Part shown: piece after piece, positions 36,675-50,472 of the stretch
Numbering within the stretch: position 1 is the stretch's first letter
How the letters are laid out: each line of letters starts with the position of its first letter
Assembly: GCA_965644295.1 (NCBI GenBank)
Contig: CBFFRP010000431.1
Coordinates: 186,001 to 250,000, forward strand
Length of the DNA: 64,000 nt
Source: Paraphysomonas bandaiensis
Taxonomy: Eukaryota > Protista > Chrysophyceae
Reading direction: 5' to 3'
Program-made: the position numbers and the translations under genes
The notes under the pieces: generated by a model
The model's database searches: none
Seen by the model: the letters and a program-made list of their open reading frames with translations, nothing else
Told to the model about the DNA's origin: nothing

Positions 36675-39160
36675 TTAAACAATATCAAAGGGCACGACGC
36701 TCGAATTGGACCTCGCGTCCTTTGTTGGCAAATGAGGATTGCCAGATTCATCATGGTCCAGAGTTCTGTCAGAGGCTACCCGATACTTGGTGTGTCGTAT
36801 GCTCCTGCGCACCTTCGGCTTAACTCTACTCCGGCGCTTGATAGTACACACATCTGACATAGTGTCAGACACACATTTTGAAAGAAATAGGAGAGCGTCC
36901 GGTTCTTACCTATCAGGACACGCTCAATATCCTCTTGGCGAATCAACTGCGGGCCCGTGTCAGGCCACATCAACACAGAATCACCGCCTGAAGCAAGGAA
37001 TCTCTCGTTGGTATCAACATAATGGATATCCGATAAAAGGATTATCACTCCAGCATAGTTCATTTTTCGAAGACGAGATGCGAGGACATGTGATCTACGG
37101 GGTGACATCTCACAGTGTATGAAGAGAATATCGTACGGTTCGAGGGAATTCATTGAGTCCCGCACCTCCTCCAACATTTGATTCTCAGAGTACGAGTCAA
37201 CGATGTCACTCACGTGTTCGCGCAACGTGTCTCGCAGAAGAACAGCGTTATTATCCCCACAACTGCACCCAATCAATACGCGGTCAAGACATGCGTCGTT
37301 CAAACTGATCTCACAATCGTCTTCAGTATCTTGGCCTAAACTGCTAACAGAGTCCAAAATATCGCACCCTTTCACACGACTCTCCAACACATATATACTA
37401 CTGGATTTGTCGTCCAAACATATCGGTAACTCGACGAAAAATGTGCATCCCGGCCCCTCTCTATGGAGAACTCCAAGGGTTCCACCGCAAAGTTCGACAA
37501 TAACACGAGACACTAGGAAAAAATTAATACATCGCACAGTATGTTACGCCCAGCAGACACTTACTCCATATGTCAACACGAGAACAGTGCCTAGTAAAAA
37601 TAGGAGCGTGGTCCTGCTTTGAATGACTCAATAGTCGTCTCAGCTCGCTCTAGGAAATAACAAATCACCAAAACACTCAGATACAGTATATAGAAACCTT
37701 GGGCATTCCGGGGCCAGAGTCGTGCACTTCGATGCGCAATAGACCCATCTGGCTATCTGTAGCTCCATTGCACGGGAGAGTTCGTACAAGTACATTAACC
37801 AATCCTCCAGATGGCGTACAGTCAACCACGATAGACGTAAGGTTCCTCAGCACCTGAACCATTTTCACCTCGTCCACATCTACGAAGTGCATGAGGGAGT
37901 TGTTAACGACTCCCTCCTCGCCCTGGTATGACAGTGATATATTGTTCTTCTTAGCCTAATCACACACGTTATTATTACGCTTAAACCATCGATAAAGCTA
38001 ATACTTACAATGAATGCAACGGGTTCCATGGCATGCTGAACCAAACTCTCCACACGCACAGTTTTTCGGACACATCGAATATTATTATCTTCTACCTCGT
38101 TCATCAGAAGCATGTCATCCAAAACGTGCTCCGCGACAGCACAGGCAGCCATGAGGTCAGAGTACATTTGTTCCAGCTCCGACCCATTGGATACGAGACG
38201 ACCAACATCTCGTGCCACCTTGAGGCCCATATATATAGTGCTCAGAGATGCCCGCACTTCGCGTGAAAGAAATCGCATGAACCCCTGCTGGATTTCGTAC
38301 ACGTGCTGCAACAATCATTAGAAAATTGAAATTGAAATCGTACAGTTATATACCTTTGAGAGAGTCATATCGTGTCGAGCGATGTGTGCAGGAAGAACTG
38401 CTGCAACCACTCCAATCCCAACATCGCAAAGGTTGAACACACCATACATTACCATCACCTCGCTACTAGAGTCCAAAACATCATTACCAATAACCATAAA
38501 CTTCGCCACACTCTTGCCAATCATTCCTATGACCATCAACAATGAGTAGTAGTGCCCATACATCCAGCTCCCCTTTAAAAAATTTGACCCCTTATCAATC
38601 CAAGTTGATCGAATAATTTTGCAGACAATTACGAGAACAACTATTGCACAGATGACAGCGAGCGTAGCAGAAACACGAAAAATCATGTTTGGCACCAAGG
38701 TGGTTACTGTGAACCATACCCTCACATTAACGTCCACGGAAAAGAAGACAAGAGCTACGCAGTATATTCGTTTGTAAAGTGGTGTAAAATGCTTCGTATT
38801 ATGAAACATATGACTCATCAAAGATGCACGAAACAAAAGTTCTCGCATAAAAGAACAACATATTAGAAGCATAGGTGATGCCGGAAAAAAGAAAACAATA
38901 ATATTTGGTATTGATAGAGTGCATAAATGTAAGCATCTTGGAAGCATAACAGCAAAGGGAAGATTGACATCTAATGCTGCTTCTAAAAATATAGGAAGTG
39001 TAACAGACATTGCAACAATACATGTCTGCATAGCAAACTCATATCCATTAAATGAATGAAGTGGTTCAGTTTCATATCCACATATATATGGTAATAAACA
39101 ACAAAATGAGGTTATTAAACTATAGCCTATAAAAAAATATAATCCAGTCTCTTGTTTCAT
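36675..39160 (-). CDS. Multi-TM hybrid histidine kinase-like protein with degenerate catalytic residues
   Basis: About 7 TM segments, HisKA-like FMRFLSREVRASL, HATPase-like VDEVKMVQVLRNL / VHDSGPGM / GGTLGV..GPGCTFFVELP, and a REC-like fold YDILFIHCEM. Confidence 0.85.
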
Positions 39161-39622
39161 GAAGACACCACTTGAGTTACTATAAATGAGAGATCAGTAA
39201 CATCTAATGATGTATTTATAGTGTGTTTGTGTATATAGATGATATTATGGTTGTAATTAATGGAGTGGAAGTGTTGCTTGATATTACCACCTGACGAAAT
39301 ATGGTGTAATTATGAATTTTTACAATTTTTACACTATATTTTGATATATTTTCATATTAGAAAGATAGGGTGTAAAAATATTATTACATATCGCTACTAA
39401 ACCCTACTTTGACCCCCTACCCATGTCCATATGGTATCCAGATATGTGTTAAACCATATGGCTGATAAGAGTTCTATGGAACAAATATGCACAAAATACT
39501 AGTATGGAAATACTACATACGGTTTACACTCCCATCCCTACCTACGATACATACCCCATATACCTAAATACATACATCCATGCATACAACATATACGTGT
39601 ATGTGTCTATAGGGATCTCTAT

Positions 39623-40307
39623 ATACATACATACATACATACATACATACATACATACATACATACATACATACATACATACATACATACATACATACAT
39701 ACATACATACATACATACATACATACATACATACATACATACATACATACATACATACATACATACATACATACATACATACATACATACATACATACAT
39801 ACATACATACATACATACATACATACATACATACATACATACATACATACATACATACATACATACATACATACATACATACATACATACATACATACAT
39901 ACATACATACATACATACATACATACATACATACATACATACATACATACATACATACATACATACATACATACATACATACATACATACATACATACAT
40001 ACATACATACATACATACATACATACATACATACATACATACATACATACATACATACATACATACATACATACATACATACATACATACATACATACAT
40101 ACATACATACATACATACATACATACATACATACATACATACATACATACATACATACATACATACATACATACATACATACATACATACATACATACAT
40201 ACATACATACATACATACATACATACATACATACATACATACATACATACATACATACATACATACATACATACATACATACATACATACATACATACAT
40301 ACATACA

Positions 40308-40337
<30 letters not shown>
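39623..40337. repeat. (TACA)n microsatellite, ~715 bp, perfect
   Basis: Uninterrupted ATAC tandem array. Confidence 0.99.
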
Positions 40338-40338
<1 letters not shown>

Positions 40339-40453
40339 GCAGCAGTCAATCCACGGATGTACTGACAATATGTGTACGTGTGGTTCTGTTTTAAGAATTA
40401 TGCAATTCAGTTAGAAGTGCTTAACATCACTATTTAACTTTACTTATACTTTT

Positions 40454-41547
40454 ATGGTAGGAGTATCTCTACTACTCAGCAGACATTTGTCCCGTCTGCG
40501 CTATCATCGCCTATTTTCCACCAGTGATACAGATGTCATTCTTAATTCTCTGACAGGTCTTGGTGGAATCAGTGTGAAGGTTGTTGATGCCACAGATATT
40601 GTTAAACAAGCGACTACAAAACATGGATGCTCTCCTGTTGCATCTGTTGCTCTTGGCAGGGCATTGGTGGGTAATTTGCTGTTAGCACACGGATCAGACG
40701 AAGAAGAAACTTACCAAATTCAGGTATTAGGAAAGGGAACACTGGGTTCTATATCTACTGAGGTAGTCACTCGGAATAAGGTACAGTATTGCCGAGGGTT
40801 TGTTGGTAACCCCAGTGCGGTTGCCGTTATTGGATCCAATGGACTCGTAGATGTGAGTGCCGCGGTAGGAAAAGGAGAGCTGCATGTACATCGCTCTCAC
40901 CCGTCTTGGAAAGACCCCTTTATTGGTACTACTGCCCTGGCTACTTCGGAGATTGGGGAGGATCTAGTGCAGTACTTATTTGACTCGCAGCAAATTCGCT
41001 CCGCTCTTTGGCTTGGAGTCTTCCTCGAGCAACCATCGACTGGGCGTCCTCCTGGCGTTTGTTCTGCGAAGGGATATTTGTGTACTGTGCTTCCCGGCTG
41101 TAGCGAAGAAGAAATTTCTGCGTTGGAAAAGAACATTCACAGGTCGAATATATACGATTCAGACGTTATTTGTGCGTATTGCACCTCCAGTACCACATAG
41201 TTATGCAACATTTAGTTTTCGGTACTAAACTGTGCTGCAGGTTTAGTGCAGCCGCTCTCGCCTCAGAATTTATATCTGCAGACCAGATCTTGAACGAACT
41301 CACCGCTGGTATGGAAGAGCAGTTTAGAGAGCGGGGTGCGATGGAGCTATCATGCACGTGTAGTCAATCAAAGGCTGTGGGATCCTTAGCTGTGTTAGGT
41401 CAGGATGAGGTGGAGAAAATTATACGAGGGACAGAAAGTGTAAATGTCGTATGTCACTGGTGTAATGAGGCAAGAGATATTACCCCGCAGGAGTTGTCAG
41501 ATCACATGAGTAGCCTGTCGAAAGGTGAAAGAGATACCAAAGTTTGA
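40454..41547 (+). CDS. hslO: Hsp33 (HslO) redox-regulated chaperone, probably mitochondrial
   Basis: HGCSPVASVALGR, SEIGEDLVQY..SQQIRS, and the C-terminal CTC..CHWC zinc switch. Arg/Ser-rich presequence; intron ~41143-41240. Confidence 0.9.
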
Positions 41548-41996
41548 GTTTAGTAGTTTGAGTGTTGTGCTAGTATTATATTTAGCACTTCCACAAGTGA
41601 ATTCATACTAGATTCTAGATTGTATAGATACATGTCCGTATATATGATCCTCTCAGCTAAGCATCATTCTAATAATACGAATTATTTACGTTTACAATTA
41701 TTTCATGTTATACAAATTTCGATTATGTTGTGGCAGCTATGAACTGTCAAGAGCCTACAGTCGACTTTGCTTCGAAGCATGACATGGAGGTGTACCGTGT
41801 AACCTTAAATCTACAATACACTTGCCACATAGTATATGAAAAAATTACTCCTAAAATAAATATTTGAATTACATGTATTTAATGCCATCACCAAATATGA
41901 TAATAACAGCTTGTTGTGACGCAACTAGCATCGCACGGGGGACTGATATCTAAGCAAAACAACGCAGCACGCTACGTCACAGATATAGCTACGTTC

Positions 41997-43086
41997 CTAC
42001 TTCTCAGTTTCGTTCCCAGAATTAACCTTGGAAGAATTCTTCGGGGGAAGACCAAAATTGCGACGGACTTGTTCATTATCATCTTCGATACTGACATGGA
42101 AGGAGTTGTGGCGGTTATCAGGATCCACATATTGCTCCGGTCTCACTATAACAAATTGTCAGAAAAAACAACATACAAGTAATCAACCGAATACTTACAG
42201 TTGTGATCAAAAATTGTGCCAGGACCCAAGTGACCGCGGTACATTGGGTTCTTTGTACGATTTGTGTGTCCTCCCTTGTTGTCACAATCAGCATAATCAT
42301 ACTCGTCAAACTCCCGGAGAATCTGAAATCCGTCCTTATCCTTGGCAACCTCCTCTGCATGAAGAGAGGCCCACTCTGCTGCATCAGACACCTCGTATCC
42401 AATCTTACTGATCTCCTCGGTCGAGAGGTCACGCTCATACTTCGCAGGAACACCGGACCAGAGCTGTCGGGAAGGAACAGTGGTGCCCGAAGTCACCACT
42501 GAACCAGGGGCAATCACAGAATGCTTTCCCACAACAGCACCATCTAAAACTGTGCTCATCTCACCAATATAACACTCATCCTCTAAAGTGCAACCATGGA
42601 TATTAGCCCCAACGCCAATGACAACACGGCTGCCTATCTTAGTGGGGGAGTTAAGAGTTTCGGGACTAGAGCAGTGAATCATGGCACGTTCCCCGATTGA
42701 AACGGCGTCACCGATAGTAATAGAATTCACATCACCTAATATACACACCAATTAAATAACTATACATGAAATCAACCACAAATAGCACCTCTCACAACAG
42801 CATTATACCAAACTGATGAAAATTCGCCTATTGTAACCTTGCCAATCACACTGGCAGAAGGTGCAACAAATACACACTTCATATCTGGCACATCCTTCTT
42901 AAAAGCAACCCTCCGAGTAGTGGGATGCACTGTATTACAATCAGTTAATATTTTAACGTCATTCATTTGAGGTCTCTTACATCTCTCAATATGCGCATGC
43001 GCCTCTAGATTGCACCCCATAGTCTCCAGCATATCACCCACAGATCTCACAGCTCTTGAGATCGCCTTCCGCACATGCATATTCAT
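41997..43086 (-). CDS. Gamma carbonic anhydrase-like complex I subunit, copy 1
   Basis: Hexapeptide repeats, VWYNAVVRGDVN, IHGCTL, LWSGVPAKY and an N-terminal amphipathic helix (RSVGDMLETMGCNL). Four exons. Confidence 0.9.
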
Positions 43087-43505
43087 ATTTATTAGTTGTA
43101 TTCAATGGATATCAATGGACTGGTTGATATGCTGAAGTCTTTATGCGTGCAGTTAATATAAACACACATAGACAGACATGCTCACCATACCACACTGCTG
43201 CACTGTACAGCTGTATACATACCATACCATACCATACCATACACACACAGAGCATACAGAGTACATACTGTTGTACTCTGGCTGTATATAGAGGACTGAA
43301 CACAGCAACACACTGAAGGTATACATGTACAGCATTATGCTCTGTGTGTGAATGGTATGGTATGGTATGGTATGTATACAGCTGTACAGTGCAGCAGTGT
43401 GGTATGGTGAGCATGTCTGTCTATGTGTGTTTATATTAACTGCACGCATAAAGACTTCAGCATATCAACCAGTCCATTGATATCCATTGAATACAACTAA
43501 TAAAT

Positions 43506-44595
43506 ATGAATATGCATGTGCGGAAGGCGATCTCAAGAGCTGTGAGATCTGTGGGTGATATGCTGGAGACTATGGGGTGCAATCTAGAGGCGCATGCGCA
43601 TATTGAGAGATGTAAGAGACCTCAAATGAATGACGTTAAAATATTAACTGATTGTAATACAGTGCATCCCACTACTCGGAGGGTTGCTTTTAAGAAGGAT
43701 GTGCCAGATATGAAGTGTGTATTTGTTGCACCTTCTGCCAGTGTGATTGGCAAGGTTACAATAGGCGAATTTTCATCAGTTTGGTATAATGCTGTTGTGA
43801 GAGGTGCTATTTGTGGTTGATTTCATGTATAGTTATTTAATTGGTGTGTATATTAGGTGATGTGAATTCTATTACTATCGGTGACGCCGTTTCAATCGGG
43901 GAACGTGCCATGATTCACTGCTCTAGTCCCGAAACTCTTAACTCCCCCACTAAGATAGGCAGCCGTGTTGTCATTGGCGTTGGGGCTAATATCCATGGTT
44001 GCACTTTAGAGGATGAATGTTATATTGGTGAGATGAGCACAGTTTTAGATGGTGCTGTGGTGGGAAAGCATTCTGTGATTGCCCCTGGTTCAGTGGTGAC
44101 TTCGGGCACCACTGTTCCTTCCCGACAGCTCTGGTCCGGTGTTCCTGCGAAGTATGAGCGTGACCTCTCGACCGAGGAGATCAGTAAGATTGGATACGAG
44201 GTGTCTGATGCAGCAGAGTGGGCCTCTCTTCATGCAGAAGAGGTTGCCAAGGATAAGGACGGATTTCAGATTCTCCGGGAGTTTGACGAGTATGATTATG
44301 CTGATTGTGACAACAAGGGAGGACACACAAATCGTACAAAGAACCCAATGTACCGCGGTCACTTGGGTCCTGGCACAATTTTTGATCACAACTGTAAGTA
44401 TTCGGTTGATTACTTGTATGTTGTTTTTTCTGACAATTTGTTATAGTGAGACCGGAGCAATATGTGGATCCTGATAACCGCCACAACTCCTTCCATGTCA
44501 GTATCGAAGATGATAATGAACAAGTCCGTCGCAATTTTGGTCTTCCCCCGAAGAATTCTTCTAAGGCTAATTCTGGGAACGAAACTGAGAAGTAG
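43506..44595 (+). CDS. Gamma carbonic anhydrase-like complex I subunit, copy 2
   Basis: Mirror of copy 1. Introns ~43612-43662, 43804-43856 and 44394-44446; TAG at 44593-44595. Confidence 0.9.
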
Positions 44596-45983
44596 GAACG
44601 TAGCTATATCTGTGACGTAGCGTGCTGCGTTGTTTTGCTTAGATATCAGTCCCCCGTGCGATGCTAGTTGCGTCACAACAAGCTGTTATTATCATATTTG
44701 GTGATGGCATTAAATACATGTAATTCAAATATTTATTATACAACTATAGATGGTTTTGGGAAATGATTTTTTTGAAGTGTAAAAGATTTTTTTTTTTGTT
44801 AGCATCTCCTGTGTTTCCACTGCAGTAGTATATAGTTAGTTGTATTTATAGAAAGATTGACTGGTCGATTTTCTGAATATTTTAAACTAAAATGGATATA
44901 ATATATATAAATCTGACATCGTTGCTGTTAAATACGAATGGTAATAATATTATGTCTTTACAGTAGTCATTATCCGGCGTAGATGGCAATATAATACATT
45001 AATATATTATAATATAGTATATAATATTGTTTAGGGATTGTGCCGCCTAAATATAGAGATTCCGGTAACATTGTTGACCAAACTCAAACTGTGTTGCTTC
45101 CATTCCCTAAATAATTGACAATACAAGATACTTGAATTCAGAATGAGGTTGGTCATCATACATACGTTTTACTACTATCTTAACTAGAGTTTACTTTTAT
45201 GTATAACTTCTCTGTTTCACTATAAAGATGTTAGTTTCTTTTAAGTTAATCAACGAAGGGGCGATACTAAACATGGGCACCAGTATATTGAAACTATTTA
45301 TATATTATGCCTATTTTAGTGAGAATTTTGAAACGTAATATACTTCAAGTAAGATCGTACGAGAAATGAGTTGTAGTAGAGATAACATGAAATTGGTGAA
45401 TGATAAGAGATATTGATTATAATTTATAATTCTTAGCATTGAGTATAAGTTTACCTACAGTTGTTAAGTTAACACTTCTAATAATATATGTCAAACTTTG
45501 ATAGCGCTAAATAGTAGGATATCAGAGTTAAGAGTTAAACACTAATTAGTAATTTGTAATATGCTAAATTAGTTCTGACTCTTAAACGCCTACTGCTAAC
45601 TATTGCTTCCATTAAACTATACTATATACCGCAACAGTTCGTATACTTTGTGTGCTCAATTTAGAAACATTCATTGAAATACGTATAAAAGTATAAAATA
45701 ACTACACCTGCACTCGATAATTGCGTGCACATTGCGCGTATATGTTAAAAAGGTCTTATAATTAATACAGTTAAAAATCTCAATCCACAGTGTGCACAGC
45801 AGAAAAATGTATGAAATCTATAACACATTCGTCAATAAAAGATAGTACACTATACTGTGCAAGACAAATTTGAACTACTATTACACATTTCCTGATATCA
45901 ACATACCACACATCCCGGTATATTTGTCTTCAGATCACCTAATTACATGCTTAAAGGTGCAACCTCAAAGCACGTTACTATTT

Positions 45984-48900
45984 TTAAGTATAATTCCTCA
46001 CGACAGGTGTGGGTGCTATAAGTCTGTCTGTTTCAGATTTGTCCCAACTAGAGCTATTTTTTGTCGACTCCATCTCTTCGTGCGACTTTAAACCCTTCAC
46101 TTGTGAGTATATTGTACTGAGCTCACTCATAATGTGAGCAAACGAGGGACGATCTCCAGGTGCATGACTCCAACATTTGCGCATAAGACTCTCCCATGGA
46201 CAGTCAAACGGCATCGCAGGTCGAAGCCCATCATTCGCAACCTTGGCTATTATTTGTGCTGCATTTAGACGTGGATATACTTCCTGTCTTGTGAAAACCT
46301 CCCAGAGCACGATAGCAAAGGCATAAACATCTGATTCTTTAGAATAATGAGCATTTACAATAACTTCTGGGGCTAGCCAGCATGCTGTCCCAACCCCTTG
46401 AGTTAGAGTTTTCTCCTTGGTTAAAGCAATAGCACGTGCAGAACCCCAATCACCGATTTTGGCTTTATATTTGCCAGGTGACGGCTCAGTGATAAACACA
46501 TTGTGAGTTTTCAAGTCTCGATGAATGATAGGCGGCTTCCGTCGGTGCAGATACATCATACCATCCGCGATGTCAAGGCATAAAGATGCCTTCGTTGCTA
46601 GACTGAGCTCTGTATTTGTGTCATTCAGCAGCATGCGTAATGACCCTCGGGGACAGAGTTCACTAACAATCCAAACTGCTTGCATTGTAAGACTGCACCC
46701 ATATAACTGGAGAATTTTCGGGTGATTGAGGCACGTCATCACAATGGCTTCACCTATAATCTCTTCGACAATACTGTTGACGTGTTGCGAACCACCAGTT
46801 AGTGCCGCCTGGGCAAACACAAAGTCCTTGACAGCAACATTGTTATTTCTCCACACCCCACTCCAAACCCGACCGAACGAGCCTTCCCCGATAATTTTAG
46901 ACAAGATTATCTCCTTTGGGTCTATCATAACAAGAGTTTCGTTCGTAGTAAGGTGTCGGGCCTGTGTAGCCTTCGCGAAGCACTGCCGAAGGTCTATGTC
47001 TGTGCTGCTTCCACCAAGAACTTCTAATGACACTTCAGCATTGTCGTCTGCTAATAACACATCATCTCCCCCAACATCATGAATGGGTATCCTGAAGTAG
47101 GGATGTTTAGAGCAGCGAATGGTAAATACAATCCCCAAAAATATGCCAATCAATATGGCAGATCCTAGGAGAATCCAACTAGTTAAACTCATCATTTGAC
47201 TATACGCCACGGGTTGAGGATCCGGGGGGGAATAGTGCGGTACCTCGACAATTAACTGCTCCCGATAACAAATAATTAATAGTATAGAACTATATGATAT
47301 ACCATCGCACTGTTCTTACCTGTGACACAGATGTCACCAGCCCATGAATATTATCATCTAATGCTCCAACATGAATTACAGTAGCAGAGGAACTATCTCC
47401 TCCATTTGTCTTTGATTGTCGTTTGCCGAGATCACTCGCGGCTGGAATCCATAGTACTATAGGAGGGCCATTGTTGAACGCTCCTGCTATAAATAAACAG
47501 TCTTTGAAATTGTGGTGGCCGACTGCAAGGCCGAATATAGGACCATTGCCTCCACTAAACCCTGTCAACAATAGTTACAGCGGTAGAAAAAAATTAATGG
47601 CGTACCAGGTAGCCAATCCCATCTTATATACCGAGATGACTTGAGTTTTCTTGTGCCATGTATACTACGGTTCCCATGTAAAAAACTATCTAACCCCCGC
47701 TTTTGCCACGCCGAATATATAGCCTACGCACATTTAGGCCAGATAGCAACGCGAAATTCATGCATACCCCCTTTACACTCGGCGGATACACAAACGTAGT
47801 TGACCGCTCAATGCCATCAAAATTCCCGGATATATTATGGGGTGATCTTGCTCTGATATGTGGAGATTCGCTCTGTCTACGGCGAAGGTAAGCAGACCGC
47901 ATCCGTCCTTCGTGTAAGATACGATAACCCGAGGACTGCGTTCGGCTTGATAGTACTGGCTTTCTCCGTGGCTTATGCCGATCACTGGAAGGTGCAGGCG
48001 TGGGAGACTCTGACCTAGGTGTGTGGCTAGCGATGTAGGCATTTACATCCGTCCAAGCAACAGCGTAAGGTGAGCCCCAATCACGCCCTTTCCATTCGGC
48101 TTGAAAAGAAGCCCATCCTGCCATCCATCCGTCAGGGTGATCATACTACTAAATGCTTAAACACCTGCAAGATACAGCTTTCCACCATTGACATCTAGAG
48201 TCATCGTAGTAACAGTGGATATTGCACGATCGGAGTCATACAGGCATGTCCACGTCTCTGTTGGCCTATTAAAAACAATAAATGTCATATACACGAAGAG
48301 TTGTGCTAACTTAGATATAACCTGTGCCAGACGGCTATGTTAACGCACTCTGTGTCGTCAATGAAGGAAAAGCTCCCAGCAACAAACAACGACTATATCA
48401 GCGAAAACACCAATAAAGTAAATTCATATTTTCAGGGAAAGCATTGTGAATTATATACTTGTGAAGTCGGCTCATAAGCCAATCGAGTGGCCTCTCCGTT
48501 TGGTAACCCAGCTGACAAGCTGAGTCCAGTTGATGATCCTGGGAACGGCATCAAGCCTTTATCCTCCGTCCACATGCACAGTCCACCGGGAATAGACTTC
48601 TTCTTTAGCATATCAAATCGGCCACCAATGAAAAGGGTTTTATGTTCGGAATCCCACTCGAGAGTACTCACCCTGCAACACATATTACACCACGCATACT
48701 AATAAATTTTCATTGCTCCTAAATACCAACCAACAGAGGCTATAATTACAGTAATTACCTCGGGTCACAGTCAGCAGACACACTTTCATCGCACAGCAGA
48801 GGTCCACCTTCCAACGGAAGCCATGACGCATATTTTCCTGCATTCAATGTTACGAGCAAGTGCTATATGGAAGAAGTCCATCACAGGTGATCCCAACACA

Positions 48901-49642
48901 ACTGACAATACCATTACACGCAATAATTAAGACAAAATTCAATAACCACCCACAGTTACTGCTAAATTCATATATATGACACTAGGGTTGCAGGGCTAAC
49001 ATAACCTCTAAAATACGCTACATCATATACATCCACGAACTCCTTGCCGTTCCACACCCTGGACTCGAAATTCCCACCAACAAATAAATCTCCTGTAATA
49101 TTTTCAGTTTCACTACAACACAAACAGTAGACTAGACAAATACTGTCGTCGTACCATTATCACCCAACACGGATGACTGTATCATCATGGCAGCGGATGA
49201 TCCTCCACCCCTGGGACAGAGACCTTCTCCAACCTTATTGAAAGATATTCCGGTCCATACACCCACACTACAGTACTGCACTTGGGACGTTTTTGACACG
49301 GTGTCAAAGGCTCCAACAACGATTAATTGGTCCGAGGGAGTTGAATAATTGACAGAGGTATCCCATATAACGCCATAGGATTCCCCATACACGTAGAGCT
49401 CCGCCTCGTAACTATTTGACCATCTGCGGATACGCATATTACACACAAACATATATATATTGCATATACACTCACTCTCCAGTAGAGATATCATACTGTG
49501 CTAAATTAGTAAGTTCTCCATTAATTGAAAAATTTCCAGCAATTGCAAGAACTTCTTTATACTCCATATTACTACATGCTGTATAGCTCCAACATACAGC
49601 TAACACAACTAAAAATAATGATGATAGCCAATCATAAGACAT
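45984..49642 (-). CDS. Receptor-like TKL kinase with a Rax2-like beta-propeller ectodomain
   Basis: Signal peptide MSYDWLSSLFLVVLAVCWS, repeated LF(V/I)(G/A)GxF blades and TM WILLGSAILIGIFLGIVF. Kinase motifs GEGSFG, VAVK, HRDLKTHN, DWG and GTACWLAPE. Confidence 0.85.
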
Positions 49643-50472
49643 ATCTTCAATACTATATTGTATAATATCTTATACTGTGGTGTTATATTGTATATGTGTA
49701 TATTATGTGAGATATAAGCACAGTGGAACTAGAAGGATATCAATCCCCTCCTGTTTTGGTTATCTACTCGATATGAATGTGAGGATCATAATCATGATGA
49801 CTGAGTGATATATTTTCATTACAGTGTGACTATGAACGAACATGTACATTCCATTCTATTCTATTTCTATTACTGCCTGTACTTGTATCATAAGCTGCTG
49901 TGTACAGACATATATAGAGTACATACACACGTATAGCTATACATAACAGCAGCATTATATACTGCTGTCGTCGCTGTATGGTATGCCAACAAATATTGGT
50001 GTATTCATATAGAAATTGTCCAGGTTTGGTAAAAATTGGATTTCTATATGTTTATTTCTCTAAATTATTTCAAAAACTTAGAATTTTCTAGATTTCTGTG
50101 ATCTATATGATGAAAATCGTACTGTGTGGACACCACTGCCAATTATCTCTCCCGTATTGCTGTATACTGCTGTAGATGGACACGTGTATTCAAAGAAGTT
50201 TCCAGTTTTAACGTTACATCTTCCCAAATCGACACTTTCCAACAATTGTCGCGTTTTATAATGAAAAAACCGAACTATGGGTGTTTTTTGTTATGCTGGG
50301 TCCTATAAAACACCGATTTTCATTTTTATGCTTTTTGCCTCCAGCAGTATTCAGCATATATAAGAGGCCCAGTTAACAAGGTGCTTATGTGCTTATAGTA
50401 ACAGTGCATCGTATCACATATACATACTCCAACCATATAACTAACCATATACTTCACATATCCATTCATTCT

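Larger units (their letters stand above)
41855..44737. repeat. 2.9-kb quasi-palindrome (1402-bp arms, 79-bp spacer 43257-43335)
   Basis: Mirror coordinates sum to 86592 throughout; about 6 mismatches between arms. Confidence 0.97.

Noticed and set aside
39504-40394. Long ORFs of YIHT/MYVC repeats
   Set aside because: Translation of the stop-free (TACA)n microsatellite.
43112-43449. ORFs across the palindrome centre
   Set aside because: Low-complexity CATAC/GTATG promoter sequence.
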